From: Octopus bimaculoides
Lineage: Eukaryota
NCBI RefSeq assembly: GCF_001194135.2
Contig: NC_068983.1
Location: 68,685,437 to 68,749,436, forward strand
DNA: 64,000 nt
Reading direction: 5' to 3'
A program made the position numbers and the translations under genes. The notes below the pieces were generated by a model. The model was not told the origin of the DNA and made no database searches. It was given only the letters and a program-made list of their open reading frames with translations. Positions 49,279-61,809 of the stretch are shown piece after piece. Position 1 is the stretch's first letter; every line of letters starts with the position of its first letter.

Positions 49279-50555
49279 CTTCTTTTATTGAATAGTGATT
49301 TGTATGTATGTGATATGTTGGTTGTGTTACGCTTCATCTTCTCGTCAGTTAGTGAAATGCTTCATTCGTTTTCTTTTTAGAGACGCTTTTTATATTAAAT
49401 AGATTAATATTCTCTTTTTAGAATACCAATAAATTTCAAACAAGCTATGACGTTTTTCTGTCTCTTGCTTGACTTTCGCCAGTGCTTACTCTATTCCATT
49501 TGTTCTCTCTTTCATTCTTTAGCAGTTTCATCACTAACCTCCATTCCCGATCTCTTCTCTGTTACAGCGAGACGTCGGAGTGGTACTTCTATGTGTACTC
49601 TACAACAGGTCCTGTGATAGAGGATGTGAACCCTCGTCTTCTCAATCATCGTCGCCAACCTTATGTCGATCCTTGATTTCAAGAACCAGGGAGATAATGC
49701 CGTATAACCTACTGTAGTCGATGGCAATCGTATCGTCCCAGATAGGAGTCCCTTCGCTACACTTTTGAGAACGCGGTGAACACTCTTACGGTTCTGGAGA
49801 AGGAGCGACATATCACGTTTACCCATGTTCACTCTTAGAGAAATTCTTCAGGTAAAAAACTGTTGGCCTGATCTTAAACTGCTCGTAGTAGCTTGAGAGT
49901 GTAAGTTTGTATGCGTGAATAAGAATGTTCATTCTGAAGAGTTTAACTGTAGATGGAACCATGAAAATGGCTCAAATGAAGCTAAATATCCAATTCTTGG
50001 TCTACAGCAGTGCTAGTGATTGACCTGTATAACTGTGGTGCAGGTTAGAGATGAAAGTGGGCTGTGTGGGAAAGTCCCAGAAATCTGTAGGAAGAACTGG
50101 AAGTATAAAGTTTGAGGGTGACAGTAAGAGATGAGACACTCTGCGTGTATGTGTGCGTGGGTGCGAGTGTATGGGTGTGTGTGCGTAGGTGCGAGTGCGT
50201 GTATGTATATATGTGTGTGTTTATGTGTGTGTGTGTGTGTGTGTGAAACTGAAGTAGGATGAGGAGTGAAATAAGTACACAGAGTGGGTTTTAGTAGGTG
50301 GTGGTGAGGAAGCGTGTGGGGTGGCGATATAGATAGAGTTAGCAAGTTGTTTCAACCGTTCTCCTATTAGAAACTGGTCCTTTGTTTCTGTCTGTCTGTC
50401 TGTCTATGTGTTTGTCAGTTTGTCTCGCCTTGTCTGGCGAATGAAATGAGATCCTTAGCTTCACAGCGTTGCCTAATTACAGAGAAGGTTCGAGAGAAAA
50501 TGTACACCCGAACACTGATTGCAAGAAAAACAGTTCGAATAGCGTTGGCGCCATA

Positions 50556-50556
50556 A

Positions 50557-50596
<40 letters not shown>

Positions 50597-50615
50597 TAAT
50601 AATAATAATAATGAT

Positions 50616-50653
<38 letters not shown>
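50556..50653. repeat. (AAT)n microsatellite running into a gap
   Basis: Direct reading. Many other (TA)n, (CA)n, (TATG)n, (TAC)n, (CT)n tracts occur, e.g. 40678-40730, 51935-52050, 55614-55778, 59848-59905, 63850-63958. Confidence 0.95.
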
Positions 50654-51630
50654 NNNNNNNNNNNNNNNNNNNNNNNNNNNNNNNNNNNNNNNNNNNNNNN
50701 NNNNNNNNNNNNNNNNNNNNNNNNNNNNNNNNNNNNNNNNNNNNNNNNNNNNNNNNNNNNNNNNNNNNNNNNNNNNNNNNNNNNNNNNNNNNNNNNNNNN
50801 NNNNNNNNNNNNNNNNNNNNNNNNNNNNNNNNNNNNNNNNNNNNNNNNNNNNNNNNNNNNNNNNNNNNNNNNNNNNNNNNNNNNNNNNNNNNNNNNNNNN
50901 NNNNNNNNNNNNNNNNNNNNNNNNNNNNNNNNNNNNNNNNNNNNNNNNNNNNNNNNNNNNNNNNNNNNNNNNNNNNNNNNNNNNNNNNNNNNNNNNNNNN
51001 NNNNNNNNNNNNNNNNNNNNNNNNNNNNNNNNNNNNNNNNNNNNNNNNNNNNNNNNNNNNNNNNNNNNNNNNNNNNNNNNNNNNNNNNNNNNNNNNNNNN
51101 NNNNNNNNNNNNNNNNNNNNNNNNNNNNNNNNNNNNNNNNNNNNNNNNNNNNNNNNNNNNNNNNNNNNNNNNNNNNNNNNNNNNNNNNNNNNNNNNNNNN
51201 NNNNNNNNNNNNNNNNNNNNNNNNNNNNNNNNNNNNNNNNNNNNNNNNNNNNNNNNNNNNNNNNNNNNNNNNNNNNNNNNNNNNNNNNNNNNNNNNNNNN
51301 NNNNNNNNNNNNNNNNNNNNNNNNNNNNNNNNNNNNNNNNNNNNNNNNNNNNNNNNNNNNNNNNNNNNNNNNNNNNNNNNNNNNNNNNNNNNNNNNNNNN
51401 NNNNNNNNNNNNNNNNNNNNNNNNNNNNNNNNNNNNNNNNNNNNNNNNNNNNNNNNNNNNNNNNNNNNNNNNNNNNNNNNNNNNNNNNNNNNNNNNNNNN
51501 NNNNNNNNNNNNNNNNNNNNNNNNNNNNNNNNNNNNNNNNNNNNNNNNNNNNNNNNNNNNNNNNNNNNNNNNNNNNNNNNNNNNNNNNNNNNNNNNNNNN
51601 NNNNNNNNNNNNNNNNNNNNNNNNNNNNNN
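50654..51630. other. Assembly gap (largest of about 17 N runs)
   Basis: Other gaps: 13139-13152, 13724-13931, 16010-16757, 17629-17638, 27554-27942, 30129-30138, 35034-35119, 36282-36799, 37872-38138, 42344-42357, 46818-46832, 52765-53480, 55687-55708, 56901-57057, 58517-58526, 63462-63657. Most abut microsatellites or young repeats. Confidence 0.99.
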
Positions 51631-54600
51631 CCACCACCGCCTCCGCCTCTTCCGTAATGCTGTAATAGCACCCATCGGTGCCATATTAATGCAGAAGCAA
51701 AATAATTATCGGTAACAAGATCTTATCCAAAGAATTTGTACTTAAAATTCCGCCCTAAGTAGATTCTTCGTTTCTTTTTGTCTTTTATTATATATATATA
51801 TATATTTTTTTTTACTGTAGTTATTCCTCTTTCTTTTCTTCTATTTCTTTCAAAAACAAAAACAAAAAAAAAGCTTCATACTATATAATTCTGAAATGAT
51901 TAAAATCTTTTATTTGTAAACATATTCATGTAGATGTGTGTGTATGTATGTATGTATGCATGTATGTATGTATGCATGTATATCTATATATATATATGTA
52001 TGTATGTATGTATGTATATCTATATATATATGTATGTATGTATGTATATATATATTTTTTCAGGATTAAATAAAAAGCCAACAAACAGAATACACAGACA
52101 CACACAATATATACACATACACACACTCACACACACCCATATATATATGCACCCGCACACACAAGCACATTAAATAAGTTTTGCATTATGTATATATTAT
52201 AACATGTATATACGAACTAAATTCTATAATCCTTTTGTGTATAAAATAACTGTCATAACTAAGAAGTGTCATAACCCAACGGGAGGTCACATCTCAAAAG
52301 TGTCATAACTTTGTTTCTCACTCACTTTTTCTTCTGATAATCTTCGCCGTTAAACACACACACACGCGCGCGCACACACATACATACATACACAAGAACT
52401 AATGCAATAGCTATCTTAAAAGTTTAAGTATATATATATATTCTTTTATTCTTTTACTTTTTTCAGTCATTTGACTACGGCTATGCTGGAACGCCACCTT
52501 AAAGGGTTACAGGGACATGAACACACTAGTATCGGTTGTCAAGCGATGGCAGTGGGGAGACAAACACGGACACGCACACATAAAAACATATATATATATA
52601 TATACATTTATACACACGACGGGCTTCTTTCAGTTTCCGTCTACTAAATCCACTCATAAGGCTTTGGTCAGTCCGAGACTATAGTAGAAGACACTTACCC
52701 AAGGTGTCACGCAGTAAGGATTGAACCCGGAACCATGTGGTTGTGAAGCAAGCTTCTTACCACANNNNNNNNNNNNNNNNNNNNNNNNNNNNNNNNNNNN
52801 NNNNNNNNNNNNNNNNNNNNNNNNNNNNNNNNNNNNNNNNNNNNNNNNNNNNNNNNNNNNNNNNNNNNNNNNNNNNNNNNNNNNNNNNNNNNNNNNNNNN
52901 NNNNNNNNNNNNNNNNNNNNNNNNNNNNNNNNNNNNNNNNNNNNNNNNNNNNNNNNNNNNNNNNNNNNNNNNNNNNNNNNNNNNNNNNNNNNNNNNNNNN
53001 NNNNNNNNNNNNNNNNNNNNNNNNNNNNNNNNNNNNNNNNNNNNNNNNNNNNNNNNNNNNNNNNNNNNNNNNNNNNNNNNNNNNNNNNNNNNNNNNNNNN
53101 NNNNNNNNNNNNNNNNNNNNNNNNNNNNNNNNNNNNNNNNNNNNNNNNNNNNNNNNNNNNNNNNNNNNNNNNNNNNNNNNNNNNNNNNNNNNNNNNNNNN
53201 NNNNNNNNNNNNNNNNNNNNNNNNNNNNNNNNNNNNNNNNNNNNNNNNNNNNNNNNNNNNNNNNNNNNNNNNNNNNNNNNNNNNNNNNNNNNNNNNNNNN
53301 NNNNNNNNNNNNNNNNNNNNNNNNNNNNNNNNNNNNNNNNNNNNNNNNNNNNNNNNNNNNNNNNNNNNNNNNNNNNNNNNNNNNNNNNNNNNNNNNNNNN
53401 NNNNNNNNNNNNNNNNNNNNNNNNNNNNNNNNNNNNNNNNNNNNNNNNNNNNNNNNNNNNNNNNNNNNNNNNNNNNNNNNCAGGGACATGAACACACTAG
53501 TATCGGTTGTCAAGCGATGGCAGTGGGGAGACAAACACGGACACGCACACATAAAAACATATATATATATATATACACATATATACACACACACTCATAT
53601 TTTGTGTTTCATTTTTCTTGTTTGAATTACCAAACCTACACACATACACACACGAGTGCGCGCGAGATGACTTGCCTTTGTTTTCATTAATATGTGAATA
53701 TACTCTTGCATTGCATAATGCTGAGGAAACATATTGATGCAAATATGTACGAATAATTTTTGAATAATAAAATTGATATTACAAGATAAAAGTTACGAAA
53801 CGGCTGTAATCATATGGCGGTCATATGGAAAAATGAATTTATCTTTACGTCTCATATCTCCTGACTTTATACATTGCTTACTCCATGCTGAGAAATTTAA
53901 CGCTCAAATTTTCTGGATTTTCATTTACATTACCTAACATTACATTGTAATTGACTACTACGTGGACTGATAGCCGTCTCCGAATGAGGAGCTTACTGTG
54001 ATAACCGCATAATTCTCTGAATTCATAGTTGATGCTTTTATATTTAGTGACTTCGAAGTTTAGGCTTCCTTTCATCAAACTGTTGAACGCAAGCAAACTG
54101 AAACTCGGAAGCCATTGTCAACCTTTTCCATGTAAAAGTTAATACACACACACACATGTATGTATACTCATACACATACATGTGTGTGTGTGTATTCATT
54201 TGCTTTTTGTGAACAATAGCATTGACGTTGGATATCATTTTTTAATGAGATTATCACTAATCGCCTGTTCACTGATTTCTGGTGGCAAAGGCAACGAAGT
54301 GAGTATTTGTGAAACACGGGTGGAATAGATATCACAATGTATGTTTGGTCCATGCACCGGTTTATCAACAATTTCCTCGCTTATGAGTGCGTCTTTCGCA
54401 GACACACTTACACACAGACAGATACACACACTTACACGCACTCAAGCACACTCACACATGCATACACACATACAGATAGTTTTCGATCAGATCATCGTAA
54501 TAATCCTGTATAAGGAAGGACTCAATAATGCAGACAGAGCAAGGATACTTGGTGCTTATTGTCACATATCAGAGCAAGATGTTTATGACTCCCTTTCCCT

Positions 54601-55626
54601 CAACATCACGTCCATGATGTATGTAAATCTTCTGAGGTTATTCCAGCTGTAAAAGGAAGGAAACCGAATGTAACGGTGTTCTTTTCATTACCTTAAAACA
54701 GTGTATTCCTAAGCTAGTTCTTCTCCCATTTTCTTTTAGGACGACGAATCTCATTCTATGGAAAAGCGTAAGAGAATCCAATATTATTAAAAAGAACAAT
54801 CTCTTGTTTGTTGTTGCTGTTACAGTCGTTATTGCAGCAGCAGCAGAATGTATTTTGAGAACCTCACGGTTGTTGATTAAGAGTCTTGACTTTCAGACTT
54901 ACTGCGTTTAATGAGCTAGTGTATCTGATATGGTACCTAGTCAGGGTCATCACTATTAAACTGATTTTTAAAACGAGGCGAAGAGTTGGGGGCTTGCTTC
55001 GCCTTTGCTACTGTTTGCCTGGTACAGTAGAACTTCCAGAAATCAACCCATACTACCATAACCACGTTCCTTAAGCTACACCAGCACATTATCCCTGCCA
55101 GGCCACGTATCTCCTTAAAGACTACTGTAATTAATACCATTACTGCGTTTAGTTATTTATTCCAAGTGGCCTGACAATGTCCTTTTAATTTGTCACGTCT
55201 GCAACATCATTCAGTCCCTTTCCTAAGGATGTAAATTAACTTAAGAAATAATTTCTTCAAATTATTTCCCCTTTTCTCTGAAAGTTACTAATAATTGTCG
55301 CTAGGTCTCTGCTGTTCTTCTTCGGCGGAAATGGGGAACTTTCTGCATATTTATTATTTACTGTACGCGACATTCCGTACATCATTTTCTGACTTAAAGC
55401 TACACTCTGCAAACTGTTGAATCAGTCATCCATTATACAGATCTCTTACAGCTTCTGACAGCAAATCGCACGCATGTATTTACTTCAGGAATGAGTTATT
55501 CATGTTACCGGCTGAGCCCCAACCCTCTTATAGGTCCTGAATTGAAGGCTGTTAATCAGTTGTATGCCTCTATTTTGGGTGCCCGGCCTACATTGCTTGT
55601 ATTTGTAGCAACCCTCTCTCTCTCTT

Positions 55627-55679
<53 letters not shown>

Positions 55680-55726
55680 TTCTCTCNNNNNNNNNNNNNN
55701 NNNNNNNGCAACCCTCTCTCTCTCTT

Positions 55727-55778
<52 letters not shown>

Positions 55779-56764
55779 ACGTACATATTAGAATTATGCA
55801 ATAGAAGCAGTTCTAGAGAAAAAGCTTTATCTATATAACATACATAATGTATGTGTAATGTTCAAAAGCCAGAAACTACCATATTTTATATACCTCAGAC
55901 TGACCTACTCGGCCTCGTTTCGGAAGTGACATGAGTACGTGACACTGACAAGCCGCAAAAACAGCGAAATACGCATCTGTCGTTCTCGCAGTCACTTCGT
56001 TTCGCCCAGTTCTGAAGTACATTGTGTTTTTTTAATACAATACGTGTATAAAGAGATTTTTTTCTAAACAAAAATTGCAGCGCCTGGTTTTTACAATGAA
56101 GCACATATACTAAGTACGTTATACATATAGGAATGTTTTGACTGAGGAAGGTACACTGTAAGAAATTTTTCTTACATAATTACTCGAAACATATGTATTA
56201 AATGCATTCAAAATATCAGCATTTAGTTTTATATTTATTACATATTATACGACTTGACGCCATTACAATCCAGTCTGTCCTTGTTTCGTTTACACGGTTA
56301 ATGTAACAAGGATTTAAGAGTGGAATGTATTACTGGACCTGAGTCAAAAATGTTTGGTAAAGTGTATGATATCAAAGCATAACTCTGTGTGTGTGTGTGT
56401 GTGTGTGTTTGGTGTGTTGTGAGTTTCTAATCCAGTGATCGATATTGCGACGCGTTTTGGGAGAAAGATAGTCGAAATAACTCTTCCAATCCTTGTGTGC
56501 CTAGAAGATATTCTAATTAAGATATGGTTTAATAACATGTGTCGTAGTGCAATGCGGTGCTCCAGTGTTCTGCAAACCTTTTGTTATCATTCCCCCCTCC
56601 CCACACCTTCTCTTCTACAATATCTTACTTCTAATATTACAGTCCTCTTCCTCAAAATGAACTCGTGCAGTAATAGTTCATAAGAGTTTTAAATACATGC
56701 CCACCTATTCCTCCCCCAAAAGATCTAATATATTCCAGCGGCGTCAAAGCATTCCCGATTATGA

Positions 56765-57723
56765 AAGGGGTTAGGGAGGGAGTGTGAAAGGAAAAGAGAG
56801 TGAGAGGGAGAGAGAGAGAGAGAGAGAGAGAATGTGTGTGAAAGGGAAAAGGTGAGAAGAAAAGGGAGAAGTATAGAGAGAAGAGAGTAAGTGCAGTAAG
56901 NNNNNNNNNNNNNNNNNNNNNNNNNNNNNNNNNNNNNNNNNNNNNNNNNNNNNNNNNNNNNNNNNNNNNNNNNNNNNNNNNNNNNNNNNNNNNNNNNNNN
57001 NNNNNNNNNNNNNNNNNNNNNNNNNNNNNNNNNNNNNNNNNNNNNNNNNNNNNNNNNAAAGGAAGAAAGAGAGAGGGAGAGAGAACAGGATAGATAGAGT
57101 GGGAGAGAGAGGAAGGGAGAGAAAGGGGAAAGAAGAAAGAAAGAAAGAGAGAGAGAGAAAGGAAGAATGAGAGAGGGAAAAAGCGGGAGATAGAGGAGGG
57201 GAGAAAAAGAGAAACGAAGAAAGAGAGAGAGAGGGAGAAAGAGAGGGAGGACAGAAAGAGAAAGAAAGAACGAGAGAGAAAGAGAGGAGAGGAAAGAAAG
57301 AAAGAGAGAAAGGAAGAGAGAGAGAGGGGGAAAGAAAGAGAGATAGAGGAGGGGAGAGAAAGAGAAAGGAAGAAAGAGAGAGAGAGAGAGCGGGAAAGAG
57401 AGGAGGGAAGAGAAAGAGAAAGGAAGAAAGAAGAGAGAGGGAGAGAGAGCGCGGGAGAGAGAGAGGAGGAGGAGATAGAGAAAGGAAAAAGAAAGAGAGA
57501 AAGAGAGAAAGGAAAAAGAAAGAGAGAAAGAAAGAAAGGAAGAAAGAGAGAGAGAGAGAGAGGGAGAGCGAGCAGGAGAGAGAGAGAAAGAGAAAGGAAG
57601 AAAGAGAGAGAGAGAGAGAGAGGGAGAGCGAGCAGGAGAGAGAGAGAGAAAGAGAAAGGAAGAAAGAGAGAAGGAGAGAGAGTGAAAGGAGATATATAGA
57701 GATAGATAGATAGATAGATAGAT

Positions 57724-57790
<67 letters not shown>

Positions 57791-57811
57791 AAGAAAGAAA
57801 GATAAATAGAT

Positions 57812-57842
<31 letters not shown>

Positions 57843-57857
57843 AAGAAAGATAAATAA

Positions 57858-57889
<32 letters not shown>

Positions 57890-57945
57890 TGAGAGAGAGA
57901 ACGACCGAGAGTGAGAGAAGTACAAGAGATCGTGAGAGTGAAAAA
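56765..57945 (+). repeat. ~1.2-kb polypurine/polypyrimidine tract of compound (GA)n, (GAAA)n, (GATA)n (includes gap 56901-57057)
   Basis: The + strand is almost exclusively A/G. Confidence 0.95.
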
Positions 57946-58807
57946 GATGAAGTGCTGTAAATGAGCAAACAGTTCAAGTAGTGTTTGTGCTGGTGACAAT
58001 GGATGAAGTTAATAATTGGTGCTCAACTGTAATGTTAGACCAACTTAGGAAGGCGCTCAAGCAGCTGCTTTCGAGAAGCAGAGGGACGATAGAACATCAA
58101 TGACGTCAGGCTACAATCAGTAGCAACAACAACATCAACAACAAACAGCAATCATGATAACAACATCAACAACAACAACAACAAGCAACAAAAACAAATA
58201 AAGTACAATGGCAATAACAGCAGCAACAACATCGGTAAAGATATTCTTTTCTACTCTAAGTACAAGGCCTGAAATTTTTTGGGGGAAGGGGCCAGTCGAT
58301 TAGATCGACCCTAGTACGCAACTGGTACTTAATTTATCGACCCCCGAAAGGATGAAAGGCAAAATCGACCTCGGCGGAATTTGAACTCAGAACGTAAAGA
58401 TAGACGAAATACCGCTAGGCATTTTCGCCCGGCGTGCTAACGTTTCTTATTTCTTTATTGCCCACAAGGGGCTAAACATAGAGGGGACAAAGGAGGACAG
58501 ACAAAGGGATTAAGTCNNNNNNNNNNGTACGCAACTGGTACTTAATTTATCGACCCCCGAAAGGATGAAAGGCAAAATCGACCTCGGCGGAATTTGAACT
58601 CAGAACGTAAAGATAGACGAAATACCGCTAGGCATTTTCGCCCGGCGTGCTAACGTTTCTTATTTCTTTATTGCCCACAAGGGGCTAAACATAGAGGGGA
58701 CAAAGGAGGACAGACAAAGGGATTAAGTCGATTACATCGACCCCAGTGCGTAACTGGTACTTAACTGCTATCATGTCTAGCAATTCTAAAGATGACAGCG
58801 CATCTAT

Positions 58808-59020
58808 CAGGTATGGGCAACCTTCCTCGAGAAAAGGGCTGCATCAGGCGGGCCGCACTACTATAAAGATTCAAAGTAATTTTTTTACTTTCTAAAGCAG
58901 CTGCCTGTTCGTGTCACCTGACCGCCTTCATAAGTTGGTCTAACATTACAATTGTTAATTGATTGCTGTTGTAATGGCTTCATTCAGAAAGTCCCGCGAG
59001 CCGCAGTTTGCATGTGACTG
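58808..59020. mobile_element. Possible hAT (Charlie-like) MITE
   Basis: Starts CAGGTATGGGCAAC with internal gggccgca motifs and ends gccgcagtttgcatgtgactg (degenerate TIR). No matching 8-bp TSD. A similar hAT-like end lies at ~43560-43650. Confidence 0.4.
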
Positions 59021-59385
59021 CTTCACATAGTTGCTGGAACTCTTAGAAAAAAGCCACCAAAAATCTCCTCAAATCACATCTTGCCTTCTTAAAAGAAAAA
59101 AAAAGAAAGAAAATAGAAAACGCGTTGGAGAATGTTCCGAGTTTACTGCTCAAGAGATAAAAAGCGGGACGATCACGGGGCCAGAAAGCTTTTGATCACA
59201 GGTCCGCTCGCTTAGGGTTAATTTGAGGCTCAACAACAACAACAACACTTCTAGCAGCACCACTACCATAAACACCACCACCACCACCACCACCACTACC
59301 AAGACCATCACCTCTATTACCACTATGACCACTACTACCATCATCATCATCACCTCCACCACTAGCAGCAGTAGCAGTAATATTG

Positions 59386-59606
59386 ATTTCAAATTTTGGC
59401 ACAAGGCCAGTAGTTTTGGGAGAAAGGGGTAAGTGGATTACATTGACCCCAGTGATCAACTGGTACTTATTTTATCGATCCCGAAACAATGAAAGACAAC
59501 GTTGCCCCCCCCCCTGCGGTATTTGAACTCAGAACACCAAGACGGACGAAACGCCGATAAGCATTTTTGGCCTGCGTACTAACGATTCTTCCAGCTCACC
59601 GCCTTA
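59386..59606 (-). mobile_element. tRNA-derived SINE family C with 17-bp TSD
   Basis: Reverse-complement copy. TSD CAG(T/C)AGCAGTAATATTG at 59369-59385 and 59607-59623. Confidence 0.85.
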
Positions 59607-59635
59607 CAGCAGCAGTAATATTGCCACTACCGTAA

Positions 59636-59818
59636 AGGCGGTGAGCTGGCAGAAATGTTAGCTGTCTTTACGTTCTGAGTTCAAATTCCGCCGAGGTCGA
59701 CTTTGCCTTTCATTCTTTCAGGATCGATAAATTAAATACCAGTTGCGTACTGGGGTCGATCCAATCGACTGGCCCCCCCTCCCCCAAAATTTCGGGCCTT
59801 GTCCCTAGAGTAGAAAAG
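59636..59818 (+). mobile_element. tRNA-derived SINE family C with 19-bp TSD
   Basis: aggcggtgagctggcagaa...ctgagttcaaattccgccgaggtcgac.... TSD AATATTGCCACTACCGTAA at 59617-59635 and 59819-59837. Other copies at ~42578-42750(+), 58245-58445(-), and degenerate at ~2150-2300, 21090-21270, 35460-35610. Confidence 0.88.
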
Positions 59819-59848
59819 AATATTGCCACTACCGTAACAACAACAGTG

Positions 59849-59906
<58 letters not shown>

Positions 59907-60144
59907 TTACCAAAGACAATAAAAGAAACAACGACATGACGCGAGAGCTTCTACATAGACTTCCGATCTACTACAAATGGCAGTCAAATCATCCTCTAAT
60001 GAAACCCTATCTACATATATAAATTGCCTTAAATAATGGATAATGCAGTCATAATTTCTCCAAAAGTACGGAATGATCACGCTTAGTGAAAACGTGTGTG
60101 GGGCGAGAGGTCGTTCAAGTCCCACAACAAGCTGATGATAGGCT

Positions 60145-60605
60145 CTGCTCAGATGTCAAATACAGGCCATATTTTTGTTGGTAATAGACCAAAGCTGAAT
60201 GTGAAATATAGGCCACATTTTAACTAGTAACGATCTAGATTACGCGTGAGATATCGGCCATATTTCAGTTCACAACAGACTCAGGCTAGAGGTGCAATGT
60301 AGACCACATTCTATGTAGTAAGTAATTAGTCAAGGATAAGTGTGAAATGTAGGTTAGATTTTAGGTCGTAAGTAATCAGCCAAGGCTAGATGGCTAGATG
60401 TGAAATGTAAGCCCCATTTTAGATAGGAAGTAATCAGTCAAAGTTAAATGTGAAATGTAGGCCACATTTTAGAGAGTAAGTAATCAGTCAAAGCTACATG
60501 TGAAATGTAAGTCGCATTTCAACTGGTTAGAGACCCAGGCTAGATGTGAAATTTAGGCCATATTTCATTTGGTAATAAGCGAAGGCTATATATGAAATGT
60601 AGGGG
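60145..60605. repeat. Degenerate minisatellite, about 10 units of 44-58 bp
   Basis: Core gctagatgtgaaatgtaggccacatttt recurs at ~60154, 60200, 60247, 60291, 60340, 60398, 60448, 60498, 60544, 60591. Confidence 0.85.
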
Positions 60606-61325
60606 TTTAATATGCTCGTGTTTATCTATTGTCTTTTATCTTTTTACATGTTTCAGTCATTGTATTGCTGCCATGCTGGGGCACCTTCTTGAAAGGTTTT
60701 AATTGCGCAAATATCGGCCCCAATGTTTATCTCTTTTTAAAGTTTGGCATTTATTTTATTGATTTCCTTTAACGAACCGCTGGGAGCTGGAACGTAAACA
60801 AACCAACACCGATTGTCAAGCGGCTGAGGAGAGACAAACAAAGACACATACACCTACATACCTACACACATATGCACGACGAGCTTCTACACAGTTTCCA
60901 CTTTATAAATTCACTTACAAGGCATTGATGCTGCATATTTGGACTGAACCCGAAACCACGCAGTTCCAAAGCGAGCTTCCTAACCACGCAGCCATGTCTA
61001 CAGCCATTTCATGAAATAATACGAACACTTTGGGTGTTCATACGTTCAGACACGTTGTAGAATGTAGGTGCCGTTTCAAACAACTCTAATTAGCATCAGA
61101 AATAAATACATATTATTAATGATAGATGGCTTGTGCCTACGCACACACGCGCGCACACACATACACACACACACATACACACACACACATACACACACAC
61201 GCATGCATGCACGCAAGTATACATACATAGATATACGACGGGCGCTTTGGTCGGTCGGAGGTTATATGACACTTGCCCGAGATGTGCGCGGTAGAAGTGA
61301 AACCAGACCCATAACCACGCCTGCA

Positions 61326-61364
<39 letters not shown>

Positions 61365-61385
61365 GGTTGAAAGTAACTGGGCATT

Positions 61386-61765
61386 TTTGTTGTTGTTGTT
61401 GGCACTCCGTCGCTTACGACGTCGAGGGTTCCAGTTGAACAGCCTGCTCATGAAATTAACGTGCAAGTGGCTGAGCACTCCACAGACACGTGTACCCTTA
61501 ACGTAGTTCTCGGGGATATTCAGCGTGACACAGTGTGACAAGGCTGACCCTTTGAATTACAGGCACAACAGAAACAGGAAGTAAGTGTGAGAGAAAGTTG
61601 TGGTGGAAGAGTATAACAGGGTTCGCCACTATCCCCTGTCGGAGCCTCGTGGAGCTTTAGGTGTTTTCGCTCAATAAACACTCACAAGGCCCGGTCTGGG
61701 AATCGAAACCGCGATCCTATGACCGCGAATCCACTGCCCTAACCACTGGGCCATTGCGCCTCCAC
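61386..61765 (-). mobile_element. tRNA-derived SINE family A with TSD
   Basis: Reverse complement of the above. TSD AACT(G/A)GGCATT at 61375-61385 and 61766-61776. Confidence 0.9.
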
Positions 61766-61809
61766 AACTAGGCATTAGAAATTGATTATAGAATTTTTTG
61801 TATCACTGA

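Noticed and set aside
50415-53690. Long ORFs made mostly of X (also at 13.5, 16, 27.5, 36.2, 37.8 and 63.4 kb)
   Set aside because: Artefacts of N runs plus adjacent microsatellites.
56652-57999. Three long minus-strand ORFs (384-441 aa)
   Set aside because: They come from a polypyrimidine strand that cannot form stop codons. The products are L/S/F low complexity and span an N gap.
58314-58729. Exact 203-bp tandem duplication (58314-58516 and 58527-58729)
   Set aside because: Identical copies on either side of a 10-N gap indicate an unmerged contig overlap. The same applies to 30090-30180, 17605-17660, 55608-55778 and probably 52510-52600/53481-53580.
60145-60605. CRISPR-like repeat/spacer appearance
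   Set aside because: The repeats are degenerate, the spacers resemble each other, there are no cas genes and the context is eukaryotic. It is a minisatellite.
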